Positions 29,254 through 40,178 of a stretch of 64,000 nt of DNA are shown here, piece after piece. This DNA is from Oligoflexales bacterium (lineage in GTDB: Bacteria; Bdellovibrionota_B; Oligoflexia; Oligoflexales; JAPPIL01). Position numbers and translations under genes: made by a program. How positions within the stretch are numbered: the first letter of the stretch is position 1; the number at the start of each line of letters is the position of its first letter. The notes under the pieces were generated by a model. That model was not told where the DNA came from. It was given only the letters and a program-made list of their open reading frames with translations, and did no database searches. Where the stretch lies: positions 1,632,001 to 1,696,000 of the forward strand of contig OZ244057.1 in the NCBI GenBank assembly GCA_965215515.1, in the 5' to 3' direction.

Positions 29254-30158
29254 TAGAAACATATAGAAGACAAGTACATCTTCTATTATCAGTTCTGGAC
29301 GTAGTTCTTGAAGACGAAAGATTTGCTCTGAAAGGTGGAACAGCGATTAATCTTTTTTACCGCGATTTCCCCCGCTATTCCGTAGATATAGACTTATGCT
29401 ACTTACCACTGGAAAACAGAGCAACGAGTATGGGAAATATTCATGTAATTTTGCGCAAAATATCTGCCGAAATAAGGAAATTGCCCGGCACAAAAATTAT
29501 ATCTTCCCGACCACTAGATGGTAAGGGAGAGTCGAAGCTACAAGTTGTTGACAAAGAAGTAAGAATTAAAATAGAACCAAACTACATATTACGCGGACAT
29601 CTATTTCCTATCAGAAACATGCCCATGAGCGGGAAAGCATGCGAGGAATTCAACACTTATATTCATGCCAGATGTTTGAGTTTTGCGGACTGTTATGGCG
29701 GCAAAATCTGTGCTGCTCTTGATCGTCAGCATCCTAGAGATTTGTTCGACGTAAAGGTAGTATTTGAGCACGAAGGAATAACAGAAGAAATTAAGGATGC
29801 CTTTATTCTCTATCTCATATCTGGCAAGCGTCCTATAAATGAAATGCTAATGCCACACCGCAAGGATATTGCCGACATCTACAGCGACGATTTCAAGGAT
29901 ATGCTTATGGTTGATGTAGAACTAGAGGAGCTAATTCAAACTAGGGAGATGTTGATCGTCGAAATCAAAAAATCTCTGAACGAAAATGATAGAGCGTTCC
30001 TGCAAAGTTTTGTTCGCAACACACCCGACTGGCAACTATTTAAATACAGCAAGATCAGTGAATTTCCCGCGGTCAGATGGAAACTGCTTAATCAACAAAA
30101 AATGAGCGCAGACAAAAGAAAAAAATATATCTCTGCCGTAGGTGCAGTGCTTTCTTAA
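29250..30158 (+). CDS. Type IV TA toxin, AbiEii nucleotidyltransferase
   Basis: FALKGGTAINLF...PRYSVDIDL...YGGKICAALDRQHPRDLFDV. Confidence 0.9.
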   Translation: MIETYRRQVHLLLSVLDVVLEDERFALKGGTAINLFYRDFPRYSVDIDLCYLPLENRATSMGNIHVILRKISAEIRKLPGTKIISSRPLDGKGESKLQVVDKEVRIKIEPNYILRGHLFPIRNMPMSGKACEEFNTYIHARCLSFADCYGGKICAALDRQHPRDLFDVKVVFEHEGITEEIKDAFILYLISGKRPINEMLMPHRKDIADIYSDDFKDMLMVDVELEELIQTREMLIVEIKKSLNENDRAFLQSFVRNTPDWQLFKYSKISEFPAVRWKLLNQQKMSADKRKKYISAVGAVLS

Positions 30159-30171
30159 TAGACAAGCTGCA

Positions 30172-31674
30172 CTAAATCCGTCCTCTAATCCGCCCCGCGA
30201 GTTTCCCCACACCCCGTGCACCTGCACTGAGCAGGCGGTTGTTGCCGACCGCGGCAAGTCCCATGAAACCCGCACCCTGACTGAACGACATCTTGTTGAT
30301 CGCAAACCCCGAACCGACGATACCGATCACAAACAATGCTGCGATTACAAACTGCGAAATGAAATACGCAGTCTGGTAGTGCACGAGTTTAGTATCGATC
30401 AAGGCTGCACCCATGAGAGCAAGAGGATCGCGGGAGAGATCGGCGAAGGCTTGACCGATGTCGCTCGACGCTAGCATCATGCTGTGTATCTCGTAGTTGA
30501 GCGTCGCTAGAGGTGCATAGACCATTTCCATCAACAGCAGTGAACCCCACCACAGCAACGGTTTAGTAAAACCGAGACAGAGCGCGGCGGCAGCAAAGAT
30601 AAATGCCAACGCGATGAACAGTTTCACATAACCTTTGAATGACGGCAAGAGATTGACGAGGTTGTTGTAGATGATGCGCGCCTCGTTGCGGTTGATGCCA
30701 GCCTCAACGTCACGTCCTTCAGTGAATACATGCGATAACATCGCAGGTAGTGCACCTGTAGAAAAAATACGTTGCATGTTGAACCAAAAATGATCACTCT
30801 TGTCCTGAATGCCTAGCTCCTTAACGTTGGTGTTGATCGCATCGGTATAGCCGCGCACTTTTTGCCGACCATAATTGACCAGTGCAGAGCCGATAACTTT
30901 GTTCTCCAGCGTTTCGGCGCGGGTAAAGTTGACGATACGGGTTGGCAACGCGTCGCTGCTCACCCGCTGTGCCTTGTGCACCAACGCAGGCATTGCCCCT
31001 TTGACCCACGCCTTGAGATCGTCTTGCAGCTCACGATAACGCTGAGCACAGGCAGGATTACTCATGTTCAAGAGATCGCCCATCGTGCTGCTCGCATTTG
31101 CCACCCTGCCTTTACGGGTGTCCGAGCACTGGGCGAGAAAATCGTCTAGCTCGGTGGTAATGCTAGCATCGTCGAGTTGCACCGCTGCGGTCGCGGTCAA
31201 GAGTTTGAACATCAGGTCGGGTGAACGCAGGAACGTATCGTCGCCAAAAATACCGCTGGCAATGCTGGTCATATACTTGGATATCGAAACGGTCGCACCG
31301 TGCAACAAGCGATACCACCACAAACCATCGGTGCTGTTTTTAAGTTGCTGGTAATCGGCATTGCTGCGCACATAACGATAGCTCACCCAATCCCGACCTC
31401 CCGCGTCGTGGGGTTGAAACGGGGTCGCGGCGACCGAACGCAACAGCGTTAAACCCATCACGACACAGAAGCCGTAGGTTAGCAGTTGGCGGGCGATGTC
31501 ATGCCCATCGTTGCCTTGCGCAGATGAGCTTAGGGTTTGCAAGACGTGCTTCATCAAGAAAAAAACGACCACCCCCGTAAAGACCACGTTGCCGAACACC
31601 TTCAGCGCAATCTCTGTCTGCACCGCAACACCGAGATGCCACAATGTCCCTTCGATGGGGGTGAGGGTGAACAT
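30172..31674 (-). CDS. TraG-like (F-type) polytopic mating-pair protein
   Basis: N- and C-terminal TM clusters around a periplasmic domain with a Cys pair; last gene of the tra operon. Confidence 0.6.
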   Translation of the reverse strand: MFTLTPIEGTLWHLGVAVQTEIALKVFGNVVFTGVVVFFLMKHVLQTLSSSAQGNDGHDIARQLLTYGFCVVMGLTLLRSVAATPFQPHDAGGRDWVSYRYVRSNADYQQLKNSTDGLWWYRLLHGATVSISKYMTSIASGIFGDDTFLRSPDLMFKLLTATAAVQLDDASITTELDDFLAQCSDTRKGRVANASSTMGDLLNMSNPACAQRYRELQDDLKAWVKGAMPALVHKAQRVSSDALPTRIVNFTRAETLENKVIGSALVNYGRQKVRGYTDAINTNVKELGIQDKSDHFWFNMQRIFSTGALPAMLSHVFTEGRDVEAGINRNEARIIYNNLVNLLPSFKGYVKLFIALAFIFAAAALCLGFTKPLLWWGSLLLMEMVYAPLATLNYEIHSMMLASSDIGQAFADLSRDPLALMGAALIDTKLVHYQTAYFISQFVIAALFVIGIVGSGFAINKMSFSQGAGFMGLAAVGNNRLLSAGARGVGKLAGRIRGRI

Positions 31675-32412
31675 TTAGTTGTTGTTTCCCGTTAACAGAT
31701 GGGAACTGTCCACTTCATATTGCACATAAGTAATGTTCCCAGCTCCGTGACCAACTTCGTCCTCGTAATCCGTATCCCAAAAGCTAAAATTTATTTTTAT
31801 GCGACCATTCGTAACCGAACTTGTGATATCTTCGTCCTTAAGCCTGCCTTGATAGGCATCTACGACTTGTGCCCGATCGATAGGCAGATCATAAATTTTG
31901 CCGTTGAGTTTGATAGTGCCGTTGACAAACCACATGTCGTCAAATGCTAGAGAATCCAAATCTTTCCTTGCGGTCAGGAACGTACTTATCAATAGGCTGG
32001 TTATGTGGTTTGTTCCGTCTACTTTCCTTGTTGTCCCGTGGTGAACCGGATGCCATAAAAAGCATTTGTTGGAGGCACAATCCTCTTGTCGGAAAAGGCT
32101 TTTGCCATTGCCCAGGTCTTTTGTTACAAGTCTGTCAAGCCACTCTTGTTCGGCAATATTCTGAACAGAGAAGGTTTGTTTACTCGATTTAAGAGTGAAG
32201 CCAACGATCTCATCGCTGAGATGAATACTGTCGTAGCAGTGACCGAGATGAGGCATTTTGCCTTTCGCACAACGATCAGTTAAATTGAGAGTCTCATTGC
32301 CATTGCGTTTACGTTCATCTGTCGCCTGCTTATCTTTTTTGCCACACCCCATCAGCAACAACATCACCACCACTAAACTACTCACTACAACTGAAAGCAT
32401 CTGTGCACGCAT
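31675..32412 (-). CDS. Lipoprotein of unknown function (possible exclusion protein)
   Basis: Lipobox LLMGC; more AT-rich than the flanking tra genes. Confidence 0.6.
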   Translation of the reverse strand: MRAQMLSVVVSSLVVVMLLLMGCGKKDKQATDERKRNGNETLNLTDRCAKGKMPHLGHCYDSIHLSDEIVGFTLKSSKQTFSVQNIAEQEWLDRLVTKDLGNGKSLFRQEDCASNKCFLWHPVHHGTTRKVDGTNHITSLLISTFLTARKDLDSLAFDDMWFVNGTIKLNGKIYDLPIDRAQVVDAYQGRLKDEDITSSVTNGRIKINFSFWDTDYEDEVGHGAGNITYVQYEVDSSHLLTGNNN

Positions 32413-33658
32413 TCTCTAACTCCTTGTTTAAGATTTTGCGGGCAGTGACCCCCGCGGCCACCTCCCGATTGCGTTGCCGATAGTGATGTCCGAGCTGACC
32501 AATTTTGGTCAACACGGCACTGATCGGCTTGATTTCGTTAGCCGCCATTTTAGCATCGATCGCGGCGAAAGTCATCTCGCTGCGCTCACTGTAGAACGCC
32601 GCCAGCGCATCGGGCAACGCGTCGTTAGCCAGGGCTGCAGTCATCGTGCTTTTGCCGTGCGCGGTGAACCGCTTGATTGCCAACTGCGCCAACGACAAGG
32701 CAAGAGCACGACAAGCCCGTGCCCGATCAGCACGCGGCAACGATTCGAGATCGCGGATTGTGTTTGCAGAAATTTTTTCTTGAATAACTTGGTGCAGATA
32801 TTTTTGCATACCATCTTTTTGTTTTTGATAATTTTTGTCAGTAATCAGCACGCGCAGCACTGCGGGGCTACAGACTGTCAAGCGCATAGTGCGATTGATG
32901 CCGTGCACGTAATCAGCGGGCTTCAGTAAATTTTCCGGGAACGCTTTCGTCCAATAACCGTCGCGGCGCAGCTCGACCTCACCGAGCAATTGTGCCAACA
33001 CTTTGTAATCATCCGACTGTTGCACCACCTGCATCAACGAGGCGAGCACCCGCTGTTTGCCTTGTGCTAGTTTCCGCGTGAACGGCTGAAGCAGATTGCG
33101 TGCCTGTCCTTTTTCCTGCAAACACGCCCGCATCTGTGATGCACCCATATCTCCGTCATTACCAGCGATACATTGTTGCACCGCCTCGGCGTGTAGCTGT
33201 CTTCTGCCCTTGTCCACCTGTGCGTCGATAAAGGCATCGATGGCACGGCAACTGTCCATCTGCATGTTCAGTTCTTCCCGCAGCTGGGCAGTGAAGTGGC
33301 GGATGTGGGCGCAGAGCGTCGGCTTGTAGTAGCAGATAGTGGCGATGAGAATGCCTCCGCCTGATAGCATGCCCTTTAGTTGTTCTGCCGCGGCACCTAG
33401 CTGTTGCTTGAGATTTTTTAGCTCGGCACTGAGGTTAGCAGCGAGCGACAGCTTGCCGCATTTCAGCGATGTGCCGACGCGTAAATTGATCCGCCCGACA
33501 TTCAACGCCATACGCTTGCGTTTGGGGGCAGGTGTTGCCTTACCGAAGAACCACTCCGACATCTCGCTCGCGCTGAGACGCTTAGCGTAGTCGATCTCAG
33601 CCCCGCGTGTTGCGCTACTCAGCAGCGAGATGAACAGTAATAAAATTAACCTTTCCAT
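32378..33658 (-). CDS. TraH-like periplasmic protein
   Basis: Start revised to 33658; signal peptide; SLKCGKLSL...ICYYKPTLC...MDSCRA Cys pattern. Confidence 0.65.
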   Translation of the reverse strand: MERLILLLFISLLSSATRGAEIDYAKRLSASEMSEWFFGKATPAPKRKRMALNVGRINLRVGTSLKCGKLSLAANLSAELKNLKQQLGAAAEQLKGMLSGGGILIATICYYKPTLCAHIRHFTAQLREELNMQMDSCRAIDAFIDAQVDKGRRQLHAEAVQQCIAGNDGDMGASQMRACLQEKGQARNLLQPFTRKLAQGKQRVLASLMQVVQQSDDYKVLAQLLGEVELRRDGYWTKAFPENLLKPADYVHGINRTMRLTVCSPAVLRVLITDKNYQKQKDGMQKYLHQVIQEKISANTIRDLESLPRADRARACRALALSLAQLAIKRFTAHGKSTMTAALANDALPDALAAFYSERSEMTFAAIDAKMAANEIKPISAVLTKIGQLGHHYRQRNREVAAGVTARKILNKELENACTDAFSCSE

Positions 33659-36291
33659 GCTGCAATTCTCCTCTTCTCTGTCTCCGTCATGGTGCGCAAC
33701 TGCCCGCTTGCGTCCCGCAAACCATGCGGGGCAATCTCTGCCAGACAATCGATCGCCCGCGGCCAGCTCGCCAACTGCGCGTGGGCATATTGCAACGCCT
33801 GCACATCGCCGTGATGATTGGCCGCGAGCCAGTAATCGTGACCCGTGGGCACATAAGCCACCGAGCCGCGCACCTCATCGCCAAGCCACAGGTGTTCAGA
33901 AAATTTACCGGGTTGCTTGTCGAGCGACGCGGCCAGCTCCGCGAGATAATTATCGTTAGTCAATTCAACGAGCCGTTTTCTCTCGCCACCTTGCATGACG
34001 GGCAAGATAACATTGGTCGCACTGCTGTTCCACGCCGCACGACAAGCGGGAAGATCGAGATAGTGCGCGATCTGGTTGGTGATCGTGCCACAGGAGATTT
34101 GTTTTTTAGCAAAACGAGCGAAGGCATCCTTGATGTAATTCTCTAGCGCGGCGTTTCCGCCCGCAAGGTTTACCCCGGCTTCCTCGATAATCAAACAACC
34201 CTTGCGTCCTCGATTGGCTGGCAGATTGAACTGACGTTCGATCTCGGCAATTAGAATTAACGTTACCAACGTCCGCAACGGTGATTGCGGTAACTCGGCG
34301 AGATCGAAGATCGTTAAGCCCGCGGCACGTGCCTCAGGCTGTTCGGCTTCGGCTTGATCGAACAACATCGCATAGGGGCCGCGCCCGCAGAAGGGCAGCA
34401 GTTTCTCTCGCAATGGCGCGAGTAGCTTTTCTTCCAGATCGAGCGTGGCGGCAACTGTGTTCAACTTGTGCACGATGTCGGTCAGGCGAGGCAGACGGAC
34501 AGCGTTGTCTGCTTGTCGGTAAGTGCCAAGTTTTCCCTTTGAGCCTTTCTGGTAAACGGTCGTCGCGGCATTGTGGTTGTCGTGGTAGGTTTTCAAGATC
34601 GCTTCGCTCAACAGTGTTTGCTCGGATGCGGTTAGCTCTGTCTTGCAAACGAGGTTAACCGCGACCGCGATTATACTGACGATAATGGGCAAGCGGGTTG
34701 CGTCGATCGTGCCGCGAAAAATGTTGGGATACTCGACAGGCGGTTTAACAAAACGAAAACCGTGATCGTTCGCGATCGCCTTGCCGAGATATTCCACCGA
34801 AGTGATCGAGTCGATCAAGAACACCATTGTCTGCGGATCGGCGGCGAATTCGGAGATCAAAAAATTAGCGAACCAAAAGCTCTTACCGCTCTGCGACGCA
34901 CCGAAAACGGCAAAGTGCGGATTGGTCTTGCTCGTTCTCTGATTCAACCAGATCGCTTCGCCGCTACGGGCTTGCATCAGTTGCTTGGGTTGTGTTGCGC
35001 CCCGCGTGCCGCCAAACACAGGCAACAGATAGCCGATGTCATCGCTCAGCACGCGCCGTTCACGGCTGACAAAACCCGCGACTTTGGCAGAATAATGCAG
35101 CGGCAAGCAGGAGATGAAGATCGGCAACGCGGCATAGGTTTCACGGAAACAGGGGAGAACATCGTTTAAGGTGCGACAGACCGCTTCGCCCCGCCGCTGT
35201 TCTTTGGCCGCGTGCAAGGGCACGTTAACATCACGCACCAAGACGTGCAGGCAACAGGCGAGTAATTTCTCGCCCCCCACCACCCGATCTTCGGCAGCAT
35301 AGACATCTTGCTTTTGCCTCTCTTGATACGGATCGCCACCTTGCAGCTTAGCGCTCAGCCCTTCTAGATCAGCGGCGTAATGACAGGGACGTATGTTCAA
35401 CACACACAGCAACGGTTCTTTGATCTGCATAAGCACAGTCATCAGCCCGGCAAAAATTTGCGCGGGCTGTTGCGACCACGAGAGCACTTCCCATGTATCG
35501 TCACCTATGCCAATGCCATCCCGCTCCCACGCCAGCGTGCCGTTGAGCATCCGTTTGGCAAGGCGTGTCGGTGTGCGCTCTGGCGTTACCTCACGAAAAA
35601 ACAAGCCATGCTTGTCGCACTCACCGTGCAACAGATCGCGCAACAACATGATCAGTTCGTTTTCAGTCGCGCGCCGCAAAGGACTGAGTGATTGCCAAGA
35701 ATTCTCGATGCTCTGGGCATAGCCGCGCAGTTTTAGCAGCGCGGCGTTGACGATTGCGGTCTCTTTGCTAATTAAATCAGCGAGCGATGCGCTGCCTGTG
35801 TTCAAGATCGTGCCCGCGGTTTCAACCCGCAGGGTGAGATAGATTTGGCGTTGATAGAGCGATGGGTTGTCACCGTGCGCTAAGCTCTTGATCGCGGTGA
35901 TCCTCCTTCCCAAAACTTGGCGAGCATAGGTGTCTTCTCGCCATGTTGGTAAAGGAAAATTAGAAGAAATTTTTTGGGTGAAAATAATTTGAAACGTTAC
36001 GCGTGGGTCGCTGATCTTTTTGAAAATTTTAGCGAACTCAGCCATCATCTCTTGTAATTCAGCTTCGCTCTTGATTTCGTGCGGGATCGGTAGCATTTCC
36101 CACAGTGTGCCTAAGCCGCCATCGCCGAGCATGAACACGGTGCGGCCCGCGTCGGTGAACGCATTTTCGTAGCTGAGCCGCTGGCTGAATTGTTCGCCGT
36201 CGAATGCCAAATCACGCGGCGGTTGCAGCGGCATGATCTTTGCGCTCACACGCTCAAAAGCTTTGTTCAATACTGTTGCGAGATGTCGCAC
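33646..36291 (-). CDS. traC: TraC/VirB4-family ATPase (F-type)
   Basis: GTG 36291 with AAGGAG RBS; NPHFAVFGASQSGKSF; LIIEEAG; RFAKKQISCGTITNQ. Confidence 0.82.
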   Translation of the reverse strand: MRHLATVLNKAFERVSAKIMPLQPPRDLAFDGEQFSQRLSYENAFTDAGRTVFMLGDGGLGTLWEMLPIPHEIKSEAELQEMMAEFAKIFKKISDPRVTFQIIFTQKISSNFPLPTWREDTYARQVLGRRITAIKSLAHGDNPSLYQRQIYLTLRVETAGTILNTGSASLADLISKETAIVNAALLKLRGYAQSIENSWQSLSPLRRATENELIMLLRDLLHGECDKHGLFFREVTPERTPTRLAKRMLNGTLAWERDGIGIGDDTWEVLSWSQQPAQIFAGLMTVLMQIKEPLLCVLNIRPCHYAADLEGLSAKLQGGDPYQERQKQDVYAAEDRVVGGEKLLACCLHVLVRDVNVPLHAAKEQRRGEAVCRTLNDVLPCFRETYAALPIFISCLPLHYSAKVAGFVSRERRVLSDDIGYLLPVFGGTRGATQPKQLMQARSGEAIWLNQRTSKTNPHFAVFGASQSGKSFWFANFLISEFAADPQTMVFLIDSITSVEYLGKAIANDHGFRFVKPPVEYPNIFRGTIDATRLPIIVSIIAVAVNLVCKTELTASEQTLLSEAILKTYHDNHNAATTVYQKGSKGKLGTYRQADNAVRLPRLTDIVHKLNTVAATLDLEEKLLAPLREKLLPFCGRGPYAMLFDQAEAEQPEARAAGLTIFDLAELPQSPLRTLVTLILIAEIERQFNLPANRGRKGCLIIEEAGVNLAGGNAALENYIKDAFARFAKKQISCGTITNQIAHYLDLPACRAAWNSSATNVILPVMQGGERKRLVELTNDNYLAELAASLDKQPGKFSEHLWLGDEVRGSVAYVPTGHDYWLAANHHGDVQALQYAHAQLASWPRAIDCLAEIAPHGLRDASGQLRTMTETEKRRIAAWKG

Positions 36292-38017
36292 TGTCTGTCT
36301 CCTTGCTGCTGTGGATAACGATTGGGCTAAGTGATTGTTGTGTCTTATCTGTAGCAACCGCAGCTTTGCGATCGGCATCGCTAAGCCATCTGCTATCGAT
36401 CTTGGCCGCGTAGCGCGCGGGCACATTATCAGTCACGTAACGCGAGCGCACGGGTGGCCAGCCTTGACTGCCGAGATGTCCGATCAACTTGCAACCGATG
36501 AGGTTGACGAGCGTGTCCCGCGATCCCTCGTAGCGATACATCTGATCGATCCTGCCGAGGTCTTGTGTGCCCAGCAACATGCGCAGTCCTTTGGAACGCC
36601 CCGCCCGTGCTGCTTCAAACAGTTTAGGAATTTTGGGCAAGGTCTGAAATTCATCCATCACTGCCCAGATGCGACGCTGGTTGCTGTCAGCTAAACTGAG
36701 CACCGATGCGAAGAGAAAATTAAAAAAATTAGCGACAAACGGCCCCATCGTTTCCGCGTAGAGCGGGTCGTAACGCACGATCAGCGTTGGTTTTGCTCCG
36801 CCACAATCGTTGAGCCAGCCGCTAAGTGAGAACTGCTTGCCGTCGCCATCACCCCACGCGCGTGCTAACGGTTCAAGCCGTGCCATTGCCCTGCGAATCG
36901 TGCCTTTGATTGCCTCGAATTGTCTGCTCTCACCCTTGAAGTTAGCGGCGAATTCAGATTCAGGGCGATACTTGCGCACCGCATCGATCAAATCCTCTAG
37001 GCTTTGGCTAGCACGATAGAAATCCCGCCATGTCCAATATTTTTTCTCGCGCTGTAATTTGATCAGGCAAGCGGTCAACAGATCACGCGCCCAATCTTCA
37101 AAGATGATGTCCGCCGGGGCATCGCCCTGTCTGACCACCATGCGCACGAACTCCCATGCCTTTGCCTCCGTGTCGATGTCACGGGCGATGTTCCAGATAA
37201 CCGAGCGAGCATCGAGCGGTGAGATGATCAACGTGTCTCGGTCTTCGCCAAACGCTTGCGTGAACTCACCCTTATAGTCGAAGATAACCAGCAGATCGCC
37301 GCGGGTTCGCAGCTGCGGCAGAAAGTGCGTCTTGATGAGATGTGATTTACCTGAACCGGGTGCACCAAAGATGATAATACCGCGAGTTTCCAATTTACGC
37401 GGCATTTTTAAGTGCTCGTGCAGATAGATGCCGTTCTTACGCAACGGCAACAGCTTTAGTTTTAACACGAACAAGCCATGCCACATGTCCTTGAGCGCAG
37501 CTTGTCCTTCGACGATGCGCTGCTGGCTGTGTGCTTTGCGGTGCGCCCAGAAAAGAGAAAACAAGATAGGCAGTAACAACAAACCATAACTGGCACAGCT
37601 GGTAAGCATGCCAGTGACAAGCGCGGCAATTGTGCTGAGCGTATCTTGGTTGCAAAAGTAACGGTGCATGATGGTGGTAACGAGGTAAAAAGTTGTCAGC
37701 GACGTGCCACATATGACAAGCACCGCAATCTGATCTGCGGTGGTCAAAGCTTGCCAAGTCGTGTGCAGGAAACCAGCGTGATAGGAAAAAATTTTTGCAA
37801 ATTCTGGAAAGCTGTATGAGTTGCTGACGTGATACAGAAATTTTTCTAACCGCGGTGCAAAGACAAAATAATTAGCCATTGCCAACGGCATGAGCGATAA
37901 CACGACACCCACCCGTAACAGCCTTGCCATCGGCGCAAAGCTCAGTAAGGCAAGCGTTAGTGCGGCACACAGCAGTCCTGCCGTTGCTGACCACGATGTC
38001 AGTATGGCAAGATTCAC
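36254..38017 (-). CDS. traD: TraD/TrwB-type coupling protein, possibly with a C-terminal in-frame deletion
   Basis: TM N-terminus; IIFGAPGSGKS; IFDYKGEF; DARSVIWN; WAVMDEFQTLPK; GRSKGLRMLLGTQ. Confidence 0.82.
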   Translation of the reverse strand: MNLAILTSWSATAGLLCAALTLALLSFAPMARLLRVGVVLSLMPLAMANYFVFAPRLEKFLYHVSNSYSFPEFAKIFSYHAGFLHTTWQALTTADQIAVLVICGTSLTTFYLVTTIMHRYFCNQDTLSTIAALVTGMLTSCASYGLLLLPILFSLFWAHRKAHSQQRIVEGQAALKDMWHGLFVLKLKLLPLRKNGIYLHEHLKMPRKLETRGIIIFGAPGSGKSHLIKTHFLPQLRTRGDLLVIFDYKGEFTQAFGEDRDTLIISPLDARSVIWNIARDIDTEAKAWEFVRMVVRQGDAPADIIFEDWARDLLTACLIKLQREKKYWTWRDFYRASQSLEDLIDAVRKYRPESEFAANFKGESRQFEAIKGTIRRAMARLEPLARAWGDGDGKQFSLSGWLNDCGGAKPTLIVRYDPLYAETMGPFVANFFNFLFASVLSLADSNQRRIWAVMDEFQTLPKIPKLFEAARAGRSKGLRMLLGTQDLGRIDQMYRYEGSRDTLVNLIGCKLIGHLGSQGWPPVRSRYVTDNVPARYAAKIDSRWLSDADRKAAVATDKTQQSLSPIVIHSSKETDSATSRNSIEQSF

Positions 38018-38382
38018 TTCAACCTCTCTCTACGTAAGCTTGTGCTCGTGCGCAGAGAACGCCAGTTAGCTACCGGGCTGAGCCATCTCACCTGTTCTGT
38101 TTCCATGAACAACCACGTGCCCCTTAGCCATACGTCTGTGTTGATCAGCTGATCATAGACCCAAATTTTAGCGATGCGGGCGGGTTGACGGGTTGGCATG
38201 TCCAGCGATCCGATTGCTTTGGTAATCCGGTTATTTTTTAACTGGGTTGTTTCTGTAATCGCTCTTGTGCCAACAGCAAGTCCACTGCGCTTGTTTAGTT
38301 CATGGGTGGTCGGCGCGAGCGTGGCACAGCCGTGCAATGCCATCAGTGCGACAGCCAAAATTTTTTGCTTGCCCATCATCAT
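38014..38382 (-). CDS. TraV-like lipoprotein
   Basis: Lipobox LHGC; PTRQPARIAKIWVYD...W pattern. Confidence 0.7.
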   Translation of the reverse strand: MMMGKQKILAVALMALHGCATLAPTTHELNKRSGLAVGTRAITETTQLKNNRITKAIGSLDMPTRQPARIAKIWVYDQLINTDVWLRGTWLFMETEQVRWLSPVANWRSLRTSTSLRRERLK

Positions 38383-38391
38383 CACCTCCAT

Positions 38392-39372
38392 TCAATTGTT
38401 TTGCAGATTAGGCACCGCGACCTTATCCACCATTACGATCCAGACATCCTGCCCGCTGCCGATGTGCACGGTCGGCAAGAGCGACTTGGCTTGTTCGAGA
38501 TACCACTGGGTGACCATTTCGGCGGGCTTGCCGATCCCACGGGCGAGCGCGAATTCCGCCAGCTTGCCCTTGAAATTAGTGATCGGTGTTTGGGTATCGT
38601 TGCTGCCTGTCACTACCGTTGTTGCGGTGTTGGCAATCTCGTACGCTTCGCTCGCTCCTTTGACGATGCCTGCCAGCACCGCTTGCAGAAACACCTTGCT
38701 CTGCTTGCTGTCGTAGACCCCAGTCATGCCGTTAGACGAATCGTCGCCCGCCACGAAACCGCGCACTTTGCGCTGCACATATGCGCCATCAGCACGCACA
38801 CAAGACAAGGTATGCGGGGCGATGATCACCCGCTCGATGCTCAAATCCGCGGTCGCACCACCGAGCATCAGACAACCATTGAGCGGAATTCTGGTGCCGT
38901 TCGGCCCTGTGTAGGCGTAATCCAACTGCATCAACACATCGTACGGATGGCGAGAATTAGCTTGCACGCCCGTCAACAGTTTTGCTCGTACCCACGCCCC
39001 CGCGGGCAAGACCGTCAAGGCTTGTGTCGCGTGTGCCGAGACCGCGAACACCTGCACCCCGCTGGCGAGTTTTTTAGTTGGGGCTGCGCGCGTCGTCGTG
39101 CCTCGCGACTTTTTGTTGGAGCTATGACTCGTGCTGCCTTGCACAGGTGCATACAGCTGTTTACGACGCATGTTTTCCAATTCAAGTTTGAGGCGTTGGT
39201 TTTCATCGTGCACACCTTCGGTATCGGCGATAACTTTTTCGTAGAGCCGCTTGTATTCGCTGTCGATCCGGGTCTGCATGTCGGTGCGCATGATGCGCTT
39301 AGCTTCTCTATCGGGGACGGGCAGGTCAGCATAAACGGTATTGGTTAGCAACAACGCAATTACAATTCTCAT
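38392..39372 (-). CDS. TraB/VirB10-like core protein
   Basis: LPAGAWVRAKLLTGV...LNGCLMLG.ATADLSIERV...LSCV...GFVAGDD..GMTG. Confidence 0.8.
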   Translation of the reverse strand: MRIVIALLLTNTVYADLPVPDREAKRIMRTDMQTRIDSEYKRLYEKVIADTEGVHDENQRLKLELENMRRKQLYAPVQGSTSHSSNKKSRGTTTRAAPTKKLASGVQVFAVSAHATQALTVLPAGAWVRAKLLTGVQANSRHPYDVLMQLDYAYTGPNGTRIPLNGCLMLGGATADLSIERVIIAPHTLSCVRADGAYVQRKVRGFVAGDDSSNGMTGVYDSKQSKVFLQAVLAGIVKGASEAYEIANTATTVVTGSNDTQTPITNFKGKLAEFALARGIGKPAEMVTQWYLEQAKSLLPTVHIGSGQDVWIVMVDKVAVPNLQNN

Positions 39373-40178
39373 CGTTTACCTCCACGCAAGAAGGGCAAGC
39401 TCGTGGGGGTGGTGCTGGCGATAAAATTTTTCGTGCGCAGCACCAGGTGTACCGTTGTTTTACAGATACCCGTTTTGCAGAGGGTCAGCGTGGCGTAATC
39501 GGTGTGAAATAGCGCAGCACGAGGTAAATTGAACAGCTGCGGCGTGATTGCAAGTGTTTGCTTACCGCGATTTTCGACCACAAAAACCTTGCCGCTGAGA
39601 TATTGTCCGCTGAATTGTCTAATTTGGGTCGCTTTGAGTTTGTGGTTGCGTAGGGAAAATTTTTGGTTTGTTACCGTCCGCGCAAAACCCTTGCCATGCT
39701 CATCTTTGAGCAACTGCTGCATCAGGGCTAGCTCGCGGGTCAGGAACGCCCCACCGCGGGTCACGTCGGCAGCAGCAAACACAAGGCGTTGATGCTTGGC
39801 CGCACCGCGTTTTGCTTTTAGCTGTAAGCTCAAGGCACGGTGACCGTTCAAGACGAACGCCACTTCTTCGCTGGTTGCCCGCGGCTTCGCGGTTATCTTG
39901 ACGATGCGCACATCGACCGCCTTGCCCTCCTTGTCCACCTGTGTAGCGATGCGTTGAATTTTGAACTGGGCTGCGGCCGAAACCACCAGTAGCGGGCGCG
40001 GGAACTCAACCAATGTGCCGAGCCTGCTGTTGATCGCTACCGGCACTGTCTCTTGTCCGTGCACCTGAATGTCAGCGGCGGTCGCGTCATCAGGGGTAAA
40101 TGGGTCAACTAGCAAATAACCCGATAAAAAATATAAGCGGATAAATTTTCTTACCCAGTTTTTGGTGAAGCTTCTCAT
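39369..40178 (-). CDS. TraK-like secretin-type core protein
   Basis: Position between TraE-like and TraB-like genes; GKVFVVENRGKQTLAITPQLF. Confidence 0.6.
   Translation of the reverse strand: MRSFTKNWVRKFIRLYFLSGYLLVDPFTPDDATAADIQVHGQETVPVAINSRLGTLVEFPRPLLVVSAAAQFKIQRIATQVDKEGKAVDVRIVKITAKPRATSEEVAFVLNGHRALSLQLKAKRGAAKHQRLVFAAADVTRGGAFLTRELALMQQLLKDEHGKGFARTVTNQKFSLRNHKLKATQIRQFSGQYLSGKVFVVENRGKQTLAITPQLFNLPRAALFHTDYATLTLCKTGICKTTVHLVLRTKNFIASTTPTSLPFLRGGKR

Noticed and set aside
38302..39348. 348-aa plus-strand ORF and similar long antisense ORFs (24795-25544, 60843-61634, 57838-58503)
   Set aside because: Shadow ORFs opposite well-supported genes in GC-rich sequence.
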